In this document: in pieces, positions 47,638-57,111 of the stretch | How positions within the stretch are numbered: position 1 is the first letter of the stretch | Layout: every line of letters starts with the position of its first letter | Notes under the pieces: model-generated | Databases searched by the model: none | Told to the model about the DNA's origin: nothing | The model's input: only the letters and a program-made list of their open reading frames with translations | Made by a program: the position numbers and the translations under genes | Origin: Nitrosopumilaceae archaeon | Lineage (GTDB): Archaea > Thermoproteota > Nitrososphaeria > Nitrososphaerales > Nitrosopumilaceae | Direction: 5' to 3' | Length of the DNA: 64,000 nt | Assembly: GCA_965214835.1 (NCBI GenBank) | Contig: CBDCCK010000002.1 | Coordinates: forward strand, 288,001-352,000

Positions 47638-48735
47638 TATACTGATGGTCATTGAAAATTTCGCCTGATCACACATCTTGTAAAGGTTTATAGCTCCCCA
47701 CCATGTCACTCCCGGCATGAACAAGACGAAAATCCTCACGGATGCCATGCATGTCGAAAAGGATCTCAAGACTCACACCAGAATCATGGCGGTGCGCTCC
47801 GTACTGCTTGGCAACACCACCGCACATACTGCGGAGATTGCCGACGTGACACAGCGCACCGTACAGATGTGGGTTGAAAGGTTCGAGCTTGACGGCATCG
47901 AGGGCCTCCGTGACTCCCCCAACAGGGGCAAAAAACCAAAGGTTCCGGTCGGCAGGATAAAAAAGATCGCCACGAGGCTGCGCAGGATGGAAAAGCTCAC
48001 CCCGAAGAAGCTGTGCAACTGGGTACGCCACAGGCTGCATGTCACATACAGCGTGGGAAGCATCAGGAGGATCCTGCGCGCGATGGGGTTTTCGCTAAAG
48101 ACATCAACTACCAAGCTGGCAGATGCTGCCGACGCAAAAGCTGTAAGACGGTGGCAAAGAGAGGCAAAAACTGCGATAAAGCTTGCAAAAAGGCGCGGAT
48201 TTAGGATAACCGTACAGGACGAATCGATATTCGTCAGTACGGGAAGGGACGGCAAAAAGTTCTGGTCGCCCGTGGGGGACAGGATCGAGGTGGAACGATC
48301 CGGCAGAAGGGAGCGCGTCGTGGTATACGGGACGATTGCAGACGACGGAACCAGGCTGATGCGCACGTACGACAGGTTCAACAGCGCAAACTTTGTGCAT
48401 TATCTTAAACAGGCGCACAAAAAGTGGGGAAAGGTCCTGATGGTGATGGACAACGCAGCACAGCACAAGACCAAAAAGGTCCGCAGATACCTAAAGAAAA
48501 ATCCCGACGTTGTCTTGCTGTACCTGCCGGTAGCTAGGCCGGAGCTGAGCGCCATAGAGGCAGTCTGGAAGGATGCCAAGTACAGGCTGGTCACGTCTGC
48601 CTTTTACGACACGGTGGATCACCTCAAAAAGGCCGTCTCGGAATACTTTAGGACGTGTTCCATCAGGGTTGACATCTACAAGTATCTTGAGCGCAGCTTG
48701 TAAGGGAGGCGAAATTTTCAATGGTCATCAGTATA
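47638..48735 (+). mobile_element. Intact IS630-family element (coordinates include the duplicated TA)
   Basis: TIR TACTGATGGTCATTGAAAATTTCGCCT / AGGCGAAATTTTCAATGGTCATCAGTA; inserted in CTAG with TA duplication. Confidence 0.95.
47717..48703 (+). CDS. IS630 transposase
   Basis: HTH, 'QDES', 'MDNAAQH', 'LPVARPELSAIE.VW'. Confidence 0.93.
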   Translation: MNKTKILTDAMHVEKDLKTHTRIMAVRSVLLGNTTAHTAEIADVTQRTVQMWVERFELDGIEGLRDSPNRGKKPKVPVGRIKKIATRLRRMEKLTPKKLCNWVRHRLHVTYSVGSIRRILRAMGFSLKTSTTKLADAADAKAVRRWQREAKTAIKLAKRRGFRITVQDESIFVSTGRDGKKFWSPVGDRIEVERSGRRERVVVYGTIADDGTRLMRTYDRFNSANFVHYLKQAHKKWGKVLMVMDNAAQHKTKKVRRYLKKNPDVVLLYLPVARPELSAIEAVWKDAKYRLVTSAFYDTVDHLKKAVSEYFRTCSIRVDIYKYLERSL

Positions 48736-48809
48736 GTCCGTCTCCTGACATGACTAGGAAATGATCACCTGACTGAACCAGGAGTAATTCTCCACAGCAT
48801 TTTTGGCAT

Positions 48810-49020
48810 GTTTCATATGGAAATTCGTTCCGCTACTCATCAGTATATTCTTCATCCATTTTGGGCCGCTTTTCCTGATCGCTTCTGAGGCCTCCCGGCT
48901 CTGGAACACCATCCTCTGCGCCTCGGCGCGCCCCATATCAGGCGACCAGTACGCCTTGCACTTGTAGATCTCGATGAGCTCGTCTGCCTCACCGGCACGG
49001 TTTCTGAGCAGCTTGGGCCG
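48810..49020 (-). mobile_element. IS481 3'-end fragment
   Basis: 'FQSREASEAIRKSGPKWM' matches C-terminus of the 38248-39288 element. Confidence 0.75.
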
Positions 49021-49079
49021 TGGCCTCACACCCTGCAAAAACAATTCAGCTTAAATACACTAACCATGCCCCTTGCATT

Positions 49080-50081
49080 ATGCCATGTACCCTGGTAGTC
49101 GGCGGATTCTTCGGCGATGAGGGAAAAGGAAAGATCATCTCATATCTTGCCTTGCACGACAACCCCTCCGTTGTGGTTCGGGGCGGGGCCGGCCCCAATG
49201 CAGGCCATACGATCAAGGACGGGGACAGGGTCTTCAAGGTCAGGATGCTGCCAAGCGGATTCTTGAACAAAAGCGCCAAGGTCATGATCGGCCCCGGCGT
49301 CGTGATAGATCCGGGGGTCCTGCAGGGTGAGATAGACGGCTTTGGCGCCGGGGGACGTGCATTTATCGACAGGAACTGTGGGATTATCGAGGAATCCCAC
49401 ACCCGTCGCGACTCCGGGGGCCAGCTAAAGGAGAGGATCGGAAGCACCGGCTCGGGTACGGGACCTGCAAATGCCGACCGTGCCATGCGTACCCTGCGCC
49501 TGGCAGGGGATTTTGATTCACTTTCAGAGTATGTCACCGACGTTCCCCTGGAGGTCAACCGCGCACTGGACGACGGCAGGGGCGTGCTGGTGGAGGGAAC
49601 GCAGGGAACGTTCCTGTCCCTGTGGCACGGAACCTATCCCTTTGTGACCTCAAAGGACGTTACCGCCTCCGGAATATGCGCAGACGTGGGCCTGGGCCCG
49701 ACACGCGTAGACGAGGTAATCATAGTCTTCAAGGCATACGTTACCCGGGTGGGCACAGGCCCGCTTGCCGGAGAGCTCTCCCCAGAGGACGCCGATTCCA
49801 GGGGATGGTCGGAGTTTGGAACCGTTACGGGCAGGCAGAGGCGTGCCGCCGAATTTGACCTTGATCTGGCCAGGCGCGCAGTCATGCTCAACGGCGCCAC
49901 GCAGATCTCCATTACAAAGCTTGACGTCCTGTACCCTGACTGTGCAGGCAAGACCTCCTATGACGAGCTGGGCGAGGAGGCACGCGCATTCATACGGGAC
50001 ATCGAGGGCAGGCTTGGCGTGCCTGTAACAATCATCGGAACCGGTCCTGCAGTTGCCGACGTAATAGACAGACGCGCCTAG
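49080..50081 (+). CDS. purA: Adenylosuccinate synthetase
   Basis: GDEGKGK, GPNAGHT, EGTQG, GTYPFVTS, GTVTGRQRR. Confidence 0.97.
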   Translation: MPCTLVVGGFFGDEGKGKIISYLALHDNPSVVVRGGAGPNAGHTIKDGDRVFKVRMLPSGFLNKSAKVMIGPGVVIDPGVLQGEIDGFGAGGRAFIDRNCGIIEESHTRRDSGGQLKERIGSTGSGTGPANADRAMRTLRLAGDFDSLSEYVTDVPLEVNRALDDGRGVLVEGTQGTFLSLWHGTYPFVTSKDVTASGICADVGLGPTRVDEVIIVFKAYVTRVGTGPLAGELSPEDADSRGWSEFGTVTGRQRRAAEFDLDLARRAVMLNGATQISITKLDVLYPDCAGKTSYDELGEEARAFIRDIEGRLGVPVTIIGTGPAVADVIDRRA

Positions 50082-50087
50082 AAGTTT

Positions 50088-50175
50088 GTAAGAGTTTACC
50101 TCTCCCACGAGATACGGCGAGGCAGGCGTGATCATGACGGCCTCGGCCAGCAGTGTCGCCTAGGGGGTAAACTCC
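50088..50175. mobile_element. MITE family B copy 3, right TIR lacks TTA next to the core
   Basis: GTAAGAGTTTACC...GGGTAAACTC-C; flanks AGAAGTTT/AGAAGCTT (8-bp TSD, 7/8). Confidence 0.88.
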
Positions 50176-50223
50176 AGAAGCTTTTCTGCAAAGTTTAAGT
50201 TACCATTTACTATGACATAGGGC

Positions 50224-50886
50224 ATGGACAGGCTTCCGCGCTACATCCAGGTCGCATCCACCCTCGAGTTCTCACGCCTTGTCTGCGCCTTGGAGCGCGC
50301 CCCCAGGGTCTCGTTTCTGCACGAGCACGAGGGCCAGAAGGTGCTCTCGGTGCAGATGGACATCCTAAAGGAAAAGCCCATAATCTACTATACCCCGCTT
50401 CATAGCGCCGGACACTATCTCTGCTACGGCTTCAAGTCCGGCCAGGAAGAGTCCGACATAGTGGATTCGACGACCGATACCAGCAGGCTGTACTCGCCGA
50501 TTGTCAAAATAAGATCCCTTCCCAAAACACTAAGGCCGGGAAACGGAACCGATGACAAGTACCATCCCCTGGTCTTGGAGGATCTGTCCAGCCTGGCAAA
50601 GCTAAGCTACGGATTTGAGGAGGTGCCGATCCCACTGTTCTCGTTCCCCCACGGGGACAAGTGGCTCCTAGGCGTATTCATGACCTTCAACGAGGAGGGA
50701 TCATCTTACTTTTGCCACGTGATACTGGATGAGGAGCCAGAAAAGCCGTTTTTGAAGTTTACCACCTCCAACGGAGCCGCCCCCTCGTTCGTAGACGGCC
50801 CCAACGAGCACGGCTATTCCTACATAAAGCTGGTAAAGCTCAGCAACGCCCATCCGCTTGTGGACTATGACCAGCTTCAAAACTAG
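50224..50886 (+). CDS. Conserved hypothetical protein
   Basis: 220-aa ORF overlapping pyrF start. Confidence 0.75.
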   Translation: MDRLPRYIQVASTLEFSRLVCALERAPRVSFLHEHEGQKVLSVQMDILKEKPIIYYTPLHSAGHYLCYGFKSGQEESDIVDSTTDTSRLYSPIVKIRSLPKTLRPGNGTDDKYHPLVLEDLSSLAKLSYGFEEVPIPLFSFPHGDKWLLGVFMTFNEEGSSYFCHVILDEEPEKPFLKFTTSNGAAPSFVDGPNEHGYSYIKLVKLSNAHPLVDYDQLQN

Positions 50887-51604
50887 GATCAGGCAGGCCT
50901 CAAAGGCCAACGGCCCGATCATCCTGGCCAACGACTATCCGCCATCGGCTAAAAACCTGGAAAAAAGGACGATTGACAACATCAAAAGGCTCCGCAGGCA
51001 TCTTTGCGGCATAAAGCTCAACTTTCACCTCCTCCTGCCGCTGGGCAGGGGGGAGATCAAAAAAATTACAGGGGCTGCCAGCGACTGCGGCCTTCTCACC
51101 ATAGCAGACGTAAAGCTAAACGACATTGGGAACACCAACAAGGTGGCGGCCGAGAACCTGTGGAGTCTCGGCTTTGATGCGGTCATCGCCAACCCGATAA
51201 TGGGCCCTGACAGCCTTCATGCCCTCATAACGCATGCCCACAGGCGCCAAAAGGGCGTCATAACGCTCTGCCACATGAGCGCGCCTGAGGCCAGACTGGC
51301 ATACGACCTGGAGCTCAGGTCTGCACCCTCACGGCTGTACCGGCTGTTTCTCAGGTGGGCCATCCGGGAAGGGGCAGACGGGGTAATCGCCGGTGCGACG
51401 TTTCCCGACATTATCCGATACTGCAGCAGGATGTCAGGGGGCAGGCTTGACATATACTCGCCCGGCGTGGGCGCCCAGGGCGGGGATCCGCAGGCGACTG
51501 CCGCGGCCGGAGGCGACTATCTTATTGTAGGCAGGGCCATAATCGGCGCAAAGGATCCAGTCTCCGAGGCAAGGAGGATTCAGGGGCTAGTCTTTAGCAG
51601 GTGA
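50867..51604 (+). CDS. pyrF: Orotidine-5'-phosphate decarboxylase
   Basis: 'ADVKLNDIGNT', 'SPGVGAQGG', 'IVGRAI'. Confidence 0.95.
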   Translation: MTSFKTRIRQASKANGPIILANDYPPSAKNLEKRTIDNIKRLRRHLCGIKLNFHLLLPLGRGEIKKITGAASDCGLLTIADVKLNDIGNTNKVAAENLWSLGFDAVIANPIMGPDSLHALITHAHRRQKGVITLCHMSAPEARLAYDLELRSAPSRLYRLFLRWAIREGADGVIAGATFPDIIRYCSRMSGGRLDIYSPGVGAQGGDPQATAAAGGDYLIVGRAIIGAKDPVSEARRIQGLVFSR

Positions 51605-52002
51605 CTCCTTGCGTTTGTCAATACAGAGCGCGCATTCTCAAAGGTGACCCTTTCCAGTGCATCCTCAAAGCCCATCCATGTGTAGCCCGTGTGCTCGTGT
51701 GACAGCCTTATGCTGCTTGCACATGTCTTGGCCAGGAAGAAGACGACCTGCTTGTGCACCGAGGTGCCGTCATGCTGGAAATCATACTCGATTGACTGCT
51801 CAAAGCCATCTACGAACATCAGATCGTCGATTCCTGTCTCCTCCTTTGCCTCGCGGGCGGCAGTCTGGCGCTCCGTCTCGCCCCTTTCCATCTTTCCCTT
51901 GACAAAATCCCAGTGTCCCGAAGGGTAGTTTAGCAGCAGAAAGCTTGGCCTGCCCTTTCCTTCCCTGTACACTACAGCACCTGCCGACCTTTCCTCCAGC
52001 AA
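51580..52002 (-). CDS. NUDIX hydrolase (Ap4A hydrolase-like)
   Basis: Nudix box 'GKMERGETERQTAAREAKEETG'. Confidence 0.92.
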   Translation of the reverse strand: MLEERSAGAVVYREGKGRPSFLLLNYPSGHWDFVKGKMERGETERQTAAREAKEETGIDDLMFVDGFEQSIEYDFQHDGTSVHKQVVFFLAKTCASSIRLSHEHTGYTWMGFEDALERVTFENARSVLTNARSHLLKTSP

Positions 52003-52794
52003 TCACTTTCCCATCCTGCGCTTTCTCTTTTGATACGTCCTGATTGCCCGCATCAGATCTATCTTCCTGAACTCTGGCCAGAATATGTCCAGGAACACCA
52101 GCTCGCTGTAGACGCTTTGCCACATCAAAAACCCGCTGAGCCTTTTTTCTCCCGACGTGCGCAGGATCATGTCCGGCGATGACTGCGGCAGGTGGGACGT
52201 GTACAGGTTGGCCTCGATCTCATCCTTGTCGATATCGTTTACTCCCAGCTCCCCGTCCTTGATCTTGTTTCCAATCTTTTTGACTGCGTCGACCAGCTCG
52301 TTTTGTCCCCCGTATGCCAGTGCCACGTTCAGAAAGTGGCAGTTATAGTCCCTTGTCGCCTCGTCGAGCTTTTTGAGAATGTCCTTGATTGAGTCCGGCA
52401 GCAGGTCGATCCTACCTATGCCCTTGACCCTCATCTTGTTCCGGTGAATCCTTGGATCATCATACAGCTTTCTCAGCCGTCTTTCTATGAGCTCAAAAAG
52501 ATAGTCCAGCTCGTCATCCTGCCTCTCGAGGTTTTCTGCCGATAGTGCGTACAGCGTGATTATCTTGATGTCAAACTCCTCGCACCAGTCAAGCAGGTTC
52601 TCCACGGCATCTGCGCCCCTCCAGTGCCCGTCCCTTGTCATGCTGAGGTGCTTCTTTGCCCACCTCCTGTTGCCGTCAAGGATCAGCGCCAGGTGGTTTG
52701 GAATGTCCCCACGCCTTATGTCCTTCTCAAGCCTCTTTGAGTATATCCTGTACAGCCCCGAAACGCTGAGTGCGACATCCTTGAACCTGCCCAT
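52003..52794 (-). CDS. uppS: Polyprenyl diphosphate synthase
   Basis: 'ILDGNRRWA', 'RTSGEKRLSGF'. Confidence 0.95.
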   Translation of the reverse strand: MGRFKDVALSVSGLYRIYSKRLEKDIRRGDIPNHLALILDGNRRWAKKHLSMTRDGHWRGADAVENLLDWCEEFDIKIITLYALSAENLERQDDELDYLFELIERRLRKLYDDPRIHRNKMRVKGIGRIDLLPDSIKDILKKLDEATRDYNCHFLNVALAYGGQNELVDAVKKIGNKIKDGELGVNDIDKDEIEANLYTSHLPQSSPDMILRTSGEKRLSGFLMWQSVYSELVFLDIFWPEFRKIDLMRAIRTYQKRKRRMGK

Positions 52795-52842
52795 TCTCAG
52801 TCATACTGGCAAGAGCTTGCCAAATATTGTTATCGGTGCAGC

Positions 52843-54015
52843 TCATTCCGAGCCTGGCCCCTCTTCGGGCAGGCCTCCGTGCTTTTTCCTGTACCTTCTA
52901 AACAGCAGTGTTGCCGAGATCAGGGTCACTGCAAGGCCGCCTAGCAGCGGGGGAATCAGGGTAAGCGAGTTTGCGCCGCTTATCAGGATGTCGGTAAACT
53001 GCGCGACCGTCGGATACAGAGACACAAGTACGATCAGCCTCAGACTGTCTGAGATCTGCCTTGGCACCCCTGCAAGCCAGTTGCTAAGCAGCATTCCTGC
53101 AAATATTACGCCTATTCCAACCCACAGGATGGGCAGAGCCCCTGCCATGAACTGGCCGAGCACCGTCTCGTCAGAGATCTGGCTCAGGAGATCGGTTCCC
53201 GTATCGATTCCATCTATGCCTACGACAGAAATTCCGGCCGGCACCGACGAGAGTATCAGGATGATCCCCGTAATCAGCGTGAACATTCGGATGAATCCCG
53301 ACGGGGTGGGCTTTGTCCAGTTTGACCAAACCTTGTCCACGTCAAAGGCCCTGATCAGAAACGCGCCGCCAAGAATGCTGACTAGGACGGCAAAAATCTC
53401 CGCCGTGTACCCAAACACAGTTGCGATGCCGCCAATCAGCAGCAGGATGCCCGGAACCCCCAAAAAGAACTTTGAATACTTTGGATCATATGCCACCATC
53501 TTGAGGTACTTTCCAAACACCGCGTAAGAGTACTCTACGGTCCTGCTGACCTTCATCACCACCCGCTGTACGGAAACGATGGGCAGCACGGTCTGGATGA
53601 CCGGAATTACGCTCTCGTCGTCTTCGCCGTCTGAGACAATCACCGCCCCGTTGGCCGAGAACTGCTCCAGCACGCTTTTGATCTCGCTGACGATTTTCTC
53701 GTCGGCCTGGACCCCGCGCTGGGCCACGCCCGTAACCGTGATGACCTCTGCCTGGTACCCTTTGCTGATCAGATCCTCGTACGTCTTGATTGCCGAAAAT
53801 ATCGAGTTGGAGTCGGCGTCCTCCGGATCCTCTAGCGCCAGCCTCTGCGCGGCCTCGATGCACGCATCCCTTCCGATAACCGGGGTCTTGATCCCCGTTT
53901 TTTCACCGACATCGTCGTCCCTGTCTACGCAGATTACCAGCAGTCTGTTGGCAACAGAGGCGCCAACGTCCTTTTCTACCTTGCCTGACTTTTGGGACAT
54001 TTTATAACCACTCAC
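52843..54015 (-). CDS. DUF373 family membrane protein
   Basis: 'LVICVDRDDD.G', 'DPEDADSN', 'SDGEDDE'. Confidence 0.88.
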   Translation of the reverse strand: MSGYKMSQKSGKVEKDVGASVANRLLVICVDRDDDVGEKTGIKTPVIGRDACIEAAQRLALEDPEDADSNSIFSAIKTYEDLISKGYQAEVITVTGVAQRGVQADEKIVSEIKSVLEQFSANGAVIVSDGEDDESVIPVIQTVLPIVSVQRVVMKVSRTVEYSYAVFGKYLKMVAYDPKYSKFFLGVPGILLLIGGIATVFGYTAEIFAVLVSILGGAFLIRAFDVDKVWSNWTKPTPSGFIRMFTLITGIILILSSVPAGISVVGIDGIDTGTDLLSQISDETVLGQFMAGALPILWVGIGVIFAGMLLSNWLAGVPRQISDSLRLIVLVSLYPTVAQFTDILISGANSLTLIPPLLGGLAVTLISATLLFRRYRKKHGGLPEEGPGSE

Positions 54016-54075
54016 GGAATTGCTTTTTAACGATTTCCAACCAATGAAAATAGTATAGTTAGGTTTTAGGCGTGA

Positions 54076-54570
54076 CTATGGGATGCTCTCAACTGATGCC
54101 CGGATCAGCGAGTCCATCTGACCCTTGAGGGACTCAATCCTTGAGATTGAGCCAGCTAGCCCCTCCTGTCCCCTGTCCCCGATGGCGCCGGCCACCACGA
54201 TCGTCTCTCGTATGATTGAGTTCTGGGTCTTGAGGGCATCAATGTAGCTGATATAGCTCTCGTGCCACTCCTCTGATGCCTGGCTTTCGACCAGCTGGAT
54301 GATCTGGGTGTTGACCTGGGTCGACGCCGCCTCTGCCAGCTGGGTGTACTGCTCTGCCGTCATCTCCCCGTCCTGCAGTTTCGCAAACGAGCCATCCAGC
54401 TCCTCTGATAATACCTGGTGGATGTGTTGAACCCCCTCCAGGTGATTGCCAAAATCCGATACCGTGATCGTCTGTGCGGTGTCCTGCGGCAGCACCCAGA
54501 CTGCAAAGCTGGCAGCCGTAATCGCACCCAGAATCACCGCAGTTGCAATGACGCCCCTTTTTGATGCCAT
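54076..54570 (-). CDS. Secreted/membrane-anchored hypothetical protein
   Basis: N-terminal signal/TM segment, helical body. Confidence 0.75.
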   Translation of the reverse strand: MASKRGVIATAVILGAITAASFAVWVLPQDTAQTITVSDFGNHLEGVQHIHQVLSEELDGSFAKLQDGEMTAEQYTQLAEAASTQVNTQIIQLVESQASEEWHESYISYIDALKTQNSIIRETIVVAGAIGDRGQEGLAGSISRIESLKGQMDSLIRASVESIP

Positions 54571-54826
54571 GTGTCTTACCCCCTTGCCAGCCCGCTTATA
54601 TCTTGTCTAATCTCATGATATGCGGGCCATTTTTTGCAAATATGCGATGAAAATACGGTACATGATGATATCTTCCAAAAATTTATAGAAAAACCATGAT
54701 TTTTCATGTAATTTCCTGCATGCGGCCCCGGGCTGGGTGGAGATAAAATTTACACACATCTAGGCGTGAGGTAAAATAATTTTTACAGCCTCTTGCTAAA
54801 TACAAGCGTGACTGTGTGTTTTTAGA

Positions 54827-54970
54827 ATGGTTGAAGCATATTGCGTCAAATGCAGGGACAAAAGGGAAATCAAAAACCCCAAAGAAACTGAATTAAAAAA
54901 CGGACGTCCGGCCGTAAAAGGCACGTGTCCAGAATGTGGAACTAACGTTTTCCGAATTGGAAAAGCATAG
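54827..54970 (+). CDS. DUF5679-like small Zn-ribbon protein (not in ORF track)
   Basis: MVEAYCVKCRDKREIKNPKETELKNGRPAVKGTCPECGTNVFRIGKA*. Confidence 0.85.
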   Translation: MVEAYCVKCRDKREIKNPKETELKNGRPAVKGTCPECGTNVFRIGKA

Positions 54971-55039
54971 GTAAACGCGGCCACAATGTTTCTTTTTTAA
55001 AATAAACCCATATAGGGTACCGTTTGATATTGCAACATA

Positions 55040-55462
55040 TTGACAAAGGCAGAGTATGAGAACCTACTAGGGCGGATCCGGGACGGCCTGTCTGACAGCT
55101 CAAAGGATACCGGCGCCCGATTTGAGCTGCCCATAGTCGACGTCATGTGGGAGGGCCAAAAGACATTCCTTCGTAATTTTGCCGAGTTTCCAAAGGTCCT
55201 GCGCCGGGATCCGGACAAGGTCCTTCAATACCTGTCAAAGGAGTTTGCCGTACCTGCAGAAAGGCTGGGCGAGAAGGCCATGTTTATCGGAAAGCGCGAT
55301 CCTGATGATTTTACCAGACTGTTTCAAATATATGTCAAAGACTATGTCGAGTGTCCTACATGCAAGAGTCCCGACACCAAGGTAGTCAAGGAAAACAGGA
55401 TCTCCTTTCTGATTTGTGAGGCATGCGGCGCCAAGTCAACCATGAAGGGAAAGTACGCCTGA
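55040..55462 (+). CDS. eif2b: Translation initiation factor aIF-2 beta
   Basis: 'YVECPTCKSPDT', 'CEACGA'. Confidence 0.95.
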   Translation: MTKAEYENLLGRIRDGLSDSSKDTGARFELPIVDVMWEGQKTFLRNFAEFPKVLRRDPDKVLQYLSKEFAVPAERLGEKAMFIGKRDPDDFTRLFQIYVKDYVECPTCKSPDTKVVKENRISFLICEACGAKSTMKGKYA

Positions 55463-55758
55463 TGTCATTTTCGATACGGGTTTCTGACTATCAGCAAAGG
55501 CCGATGCTTAACATCTGTGACAGCGAGCTCCTGGGAAGGACCGTCTCCGAAGGAAGGAGAAACCTGAATATCAGCCAGAGCTATTATGGACAAAAGACCA
55601 TTGATCAGCAAGAGGCCGAGGCCCTGCTCAGGACCTCTGCAATCATAAACATGGTTGGAGAAAAAACGGTCTCGCTTTCCATCAAGCTTGGAATAGGAAT
55701 CGAGGCCGGAGTAAAGTACGTTGGCGGAATCCCGTTCCTGATTGTCTTCAAAATGTAA
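55462..55758 (+). CDS. DUF424 family protein
   Basis: 'ICDSELLG', 'INMVGEKTV', 'GGIP'. Confidence 0.85.
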   Translation: MSFSIRVSDYQQRPMLNICDSELLGRTVSEGRRNLNISQSYYGQKTIDQQEAEALLRTSAIINMVGEKTVSLSIKLGIGIEAGVKYVGGIPFLIVFKM

Positions 55759-55768
55759 CCGGATCGCC

Positions 55769-56545
55769 ATGTATGACGAGCTAGACAAAAAACTCGAGTC
55801 AAAGGTCCTTGGCAAGATATTCAAGTCTTCTAGGGCGGGCCTGGATGACGGATTCAAGAAAAACAAGGTTGTCAACGAGGTGTTGGACAAGCCAACCGTC
55901 ATGACCCTGTTCAACATGATCAGATCCCACACTATTGCGTATGTCAACGGTGCAGTAAAGGCCGGAAAGGAGTCCGTCGTATTCTGGGGGGTCGATGACG
56001 ACAGCCGTGACGTCGCGCTAAAGATCTACCTTGTATCCACGTCCAACTTCAAAAACCGGCTTCCATACATCCAAGGGGATCCGAGGTTTTCCAGAGTCAG
56101 GCGGGGCACGAGAAACCTCGTCTACCTGTGGGCAAAAAAGGAGTTCCGTAACCTTTCCCAGTGTTTTGGGATCGGCCTGCCTGTGCCCCGGCCCATCCGG
56201 GTCGCCAACAACGTCCTGGCCATGGAGTTTGTCGGCCAGGACGGCATGCCTGCAAGCACACTGCTAGAGTCGGCTGTGGACGAGAACGACTATGGGCAGG
56301 CCGTGCAGATTTTGAGGGGGCTGTACAAAGACGCGCGGCTTGTACACGGGGACTTTTCTGAATACAACGTCTTCAAAACCGGCTCGGGACTGACGCTTTT
56401 TGATCTTGGCTCTGCCGTGGATCTCCGGCACCCCAGATCCGAGGAGTTTCTTCAAAGAGATATTAACAACATCACCAAATTCTTTGTAAGGCGGGGCCTC
56501 ACAGTGGATAACCCCGCAGACGTCTACGAATCGGTGGTATCATGA
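55769..56545 (+). CDS. rio1: RIO1 serine/threonine kinase
   Basis: 'GKESVV', 'WAKKEFRNL', 'LVHGDFSEYN'. Confidence 0.93.
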   Translation: MYDELDKKLESKVLGKIFKSSRAGLDDGFKKNKVVNEVLDKPTVMTLFNMIRSHTIAYVNGAVKAGKESVVFWGVDDDSRDVALKIYLVSTSNFKNRLPYIQGDPRFSRVRRGTRNLVYLWAKKEFRNLSQCFGIGLPVPRPIRVANNVLAMEFVGQDGMPASTLLESAVDENDYGQAVQILRGLYKDARLVHGDFSEYNVFKTGSGLTLFDLGSAVDLRHPRSEEFLQRDINNITKFFVRRGLTVDNPADVYESVVS

Positions 56546-57111
56546 GCTTTGAAAAACTAGTCAGAATCCCGACAGAAAGGGTGGGTGTCTTGATTGGCAG
56601 ATCCGGCGCCGTAAAGTCCGAGATCGAGTCTGCCTGCTCCGTTAGGCTTGATATTGATGGCAAGGCAGGCGAGGTGCTCGTCGAAACGTCTGGAGACGTC
56701 GAAAAAATCCAGCCGTTTAAGGCAGTGGAGATAGTTACTGCCATAGGCAGGGGATTTTCCCCGCAAAACGCAATGCTGCTTTTGAGGGGCGAGAACACCC
56801 TGCACGTGCTGGATCTCCGTGAATTCGGCGGCAAGTCCAAGAGCCAGATTGAAAGGATAAAAGGGAGACTGATAGGAGAGGGGGGTAGGGCAAGAAAAAA
56901 CATGGAAAGTCTCAGCGGGGCAAAAATCTCAGTCTATGGCAGAACCGTCTCGGTAATTGGCAGTACGAAAAGCCTCAAGCTTGCAGTGGATGCGGTCTCC
57001 TCAATCTCAAGCGGAAGCATGCATGGCTCAGTCTATAGCAGAATGGAGTCTGCACGACGGCGTGAGAAAATAGAACGCATGCAGTTGTGGGAAGATCAAA
57101 ATGTCTTCTAA
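56542..57111 (+). CDS. KH-domain rRNA processing protein Dim2/Pno1
   Basis: 'LIGRSG', 'AIGRGFSP..A', 'GRLIGEGG'. Confidence 0.92.
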   Translation: MSFEKLVRIPTERVGVLIGRSGAVKSEIESACSVRLDIDGKAGEVLVETSGDVEKIQPFKAVEIVTAIGRGFSPQNAMLLLRGENTLHVLDLREFGGKSKSQIERIKGRLIGEGGRARKNMESLSGAKISVYGRTVSVIGSTKSLKLAVDAVSSISSGSMHGSVYSRMESARRREKIERMQLWEDQNVF

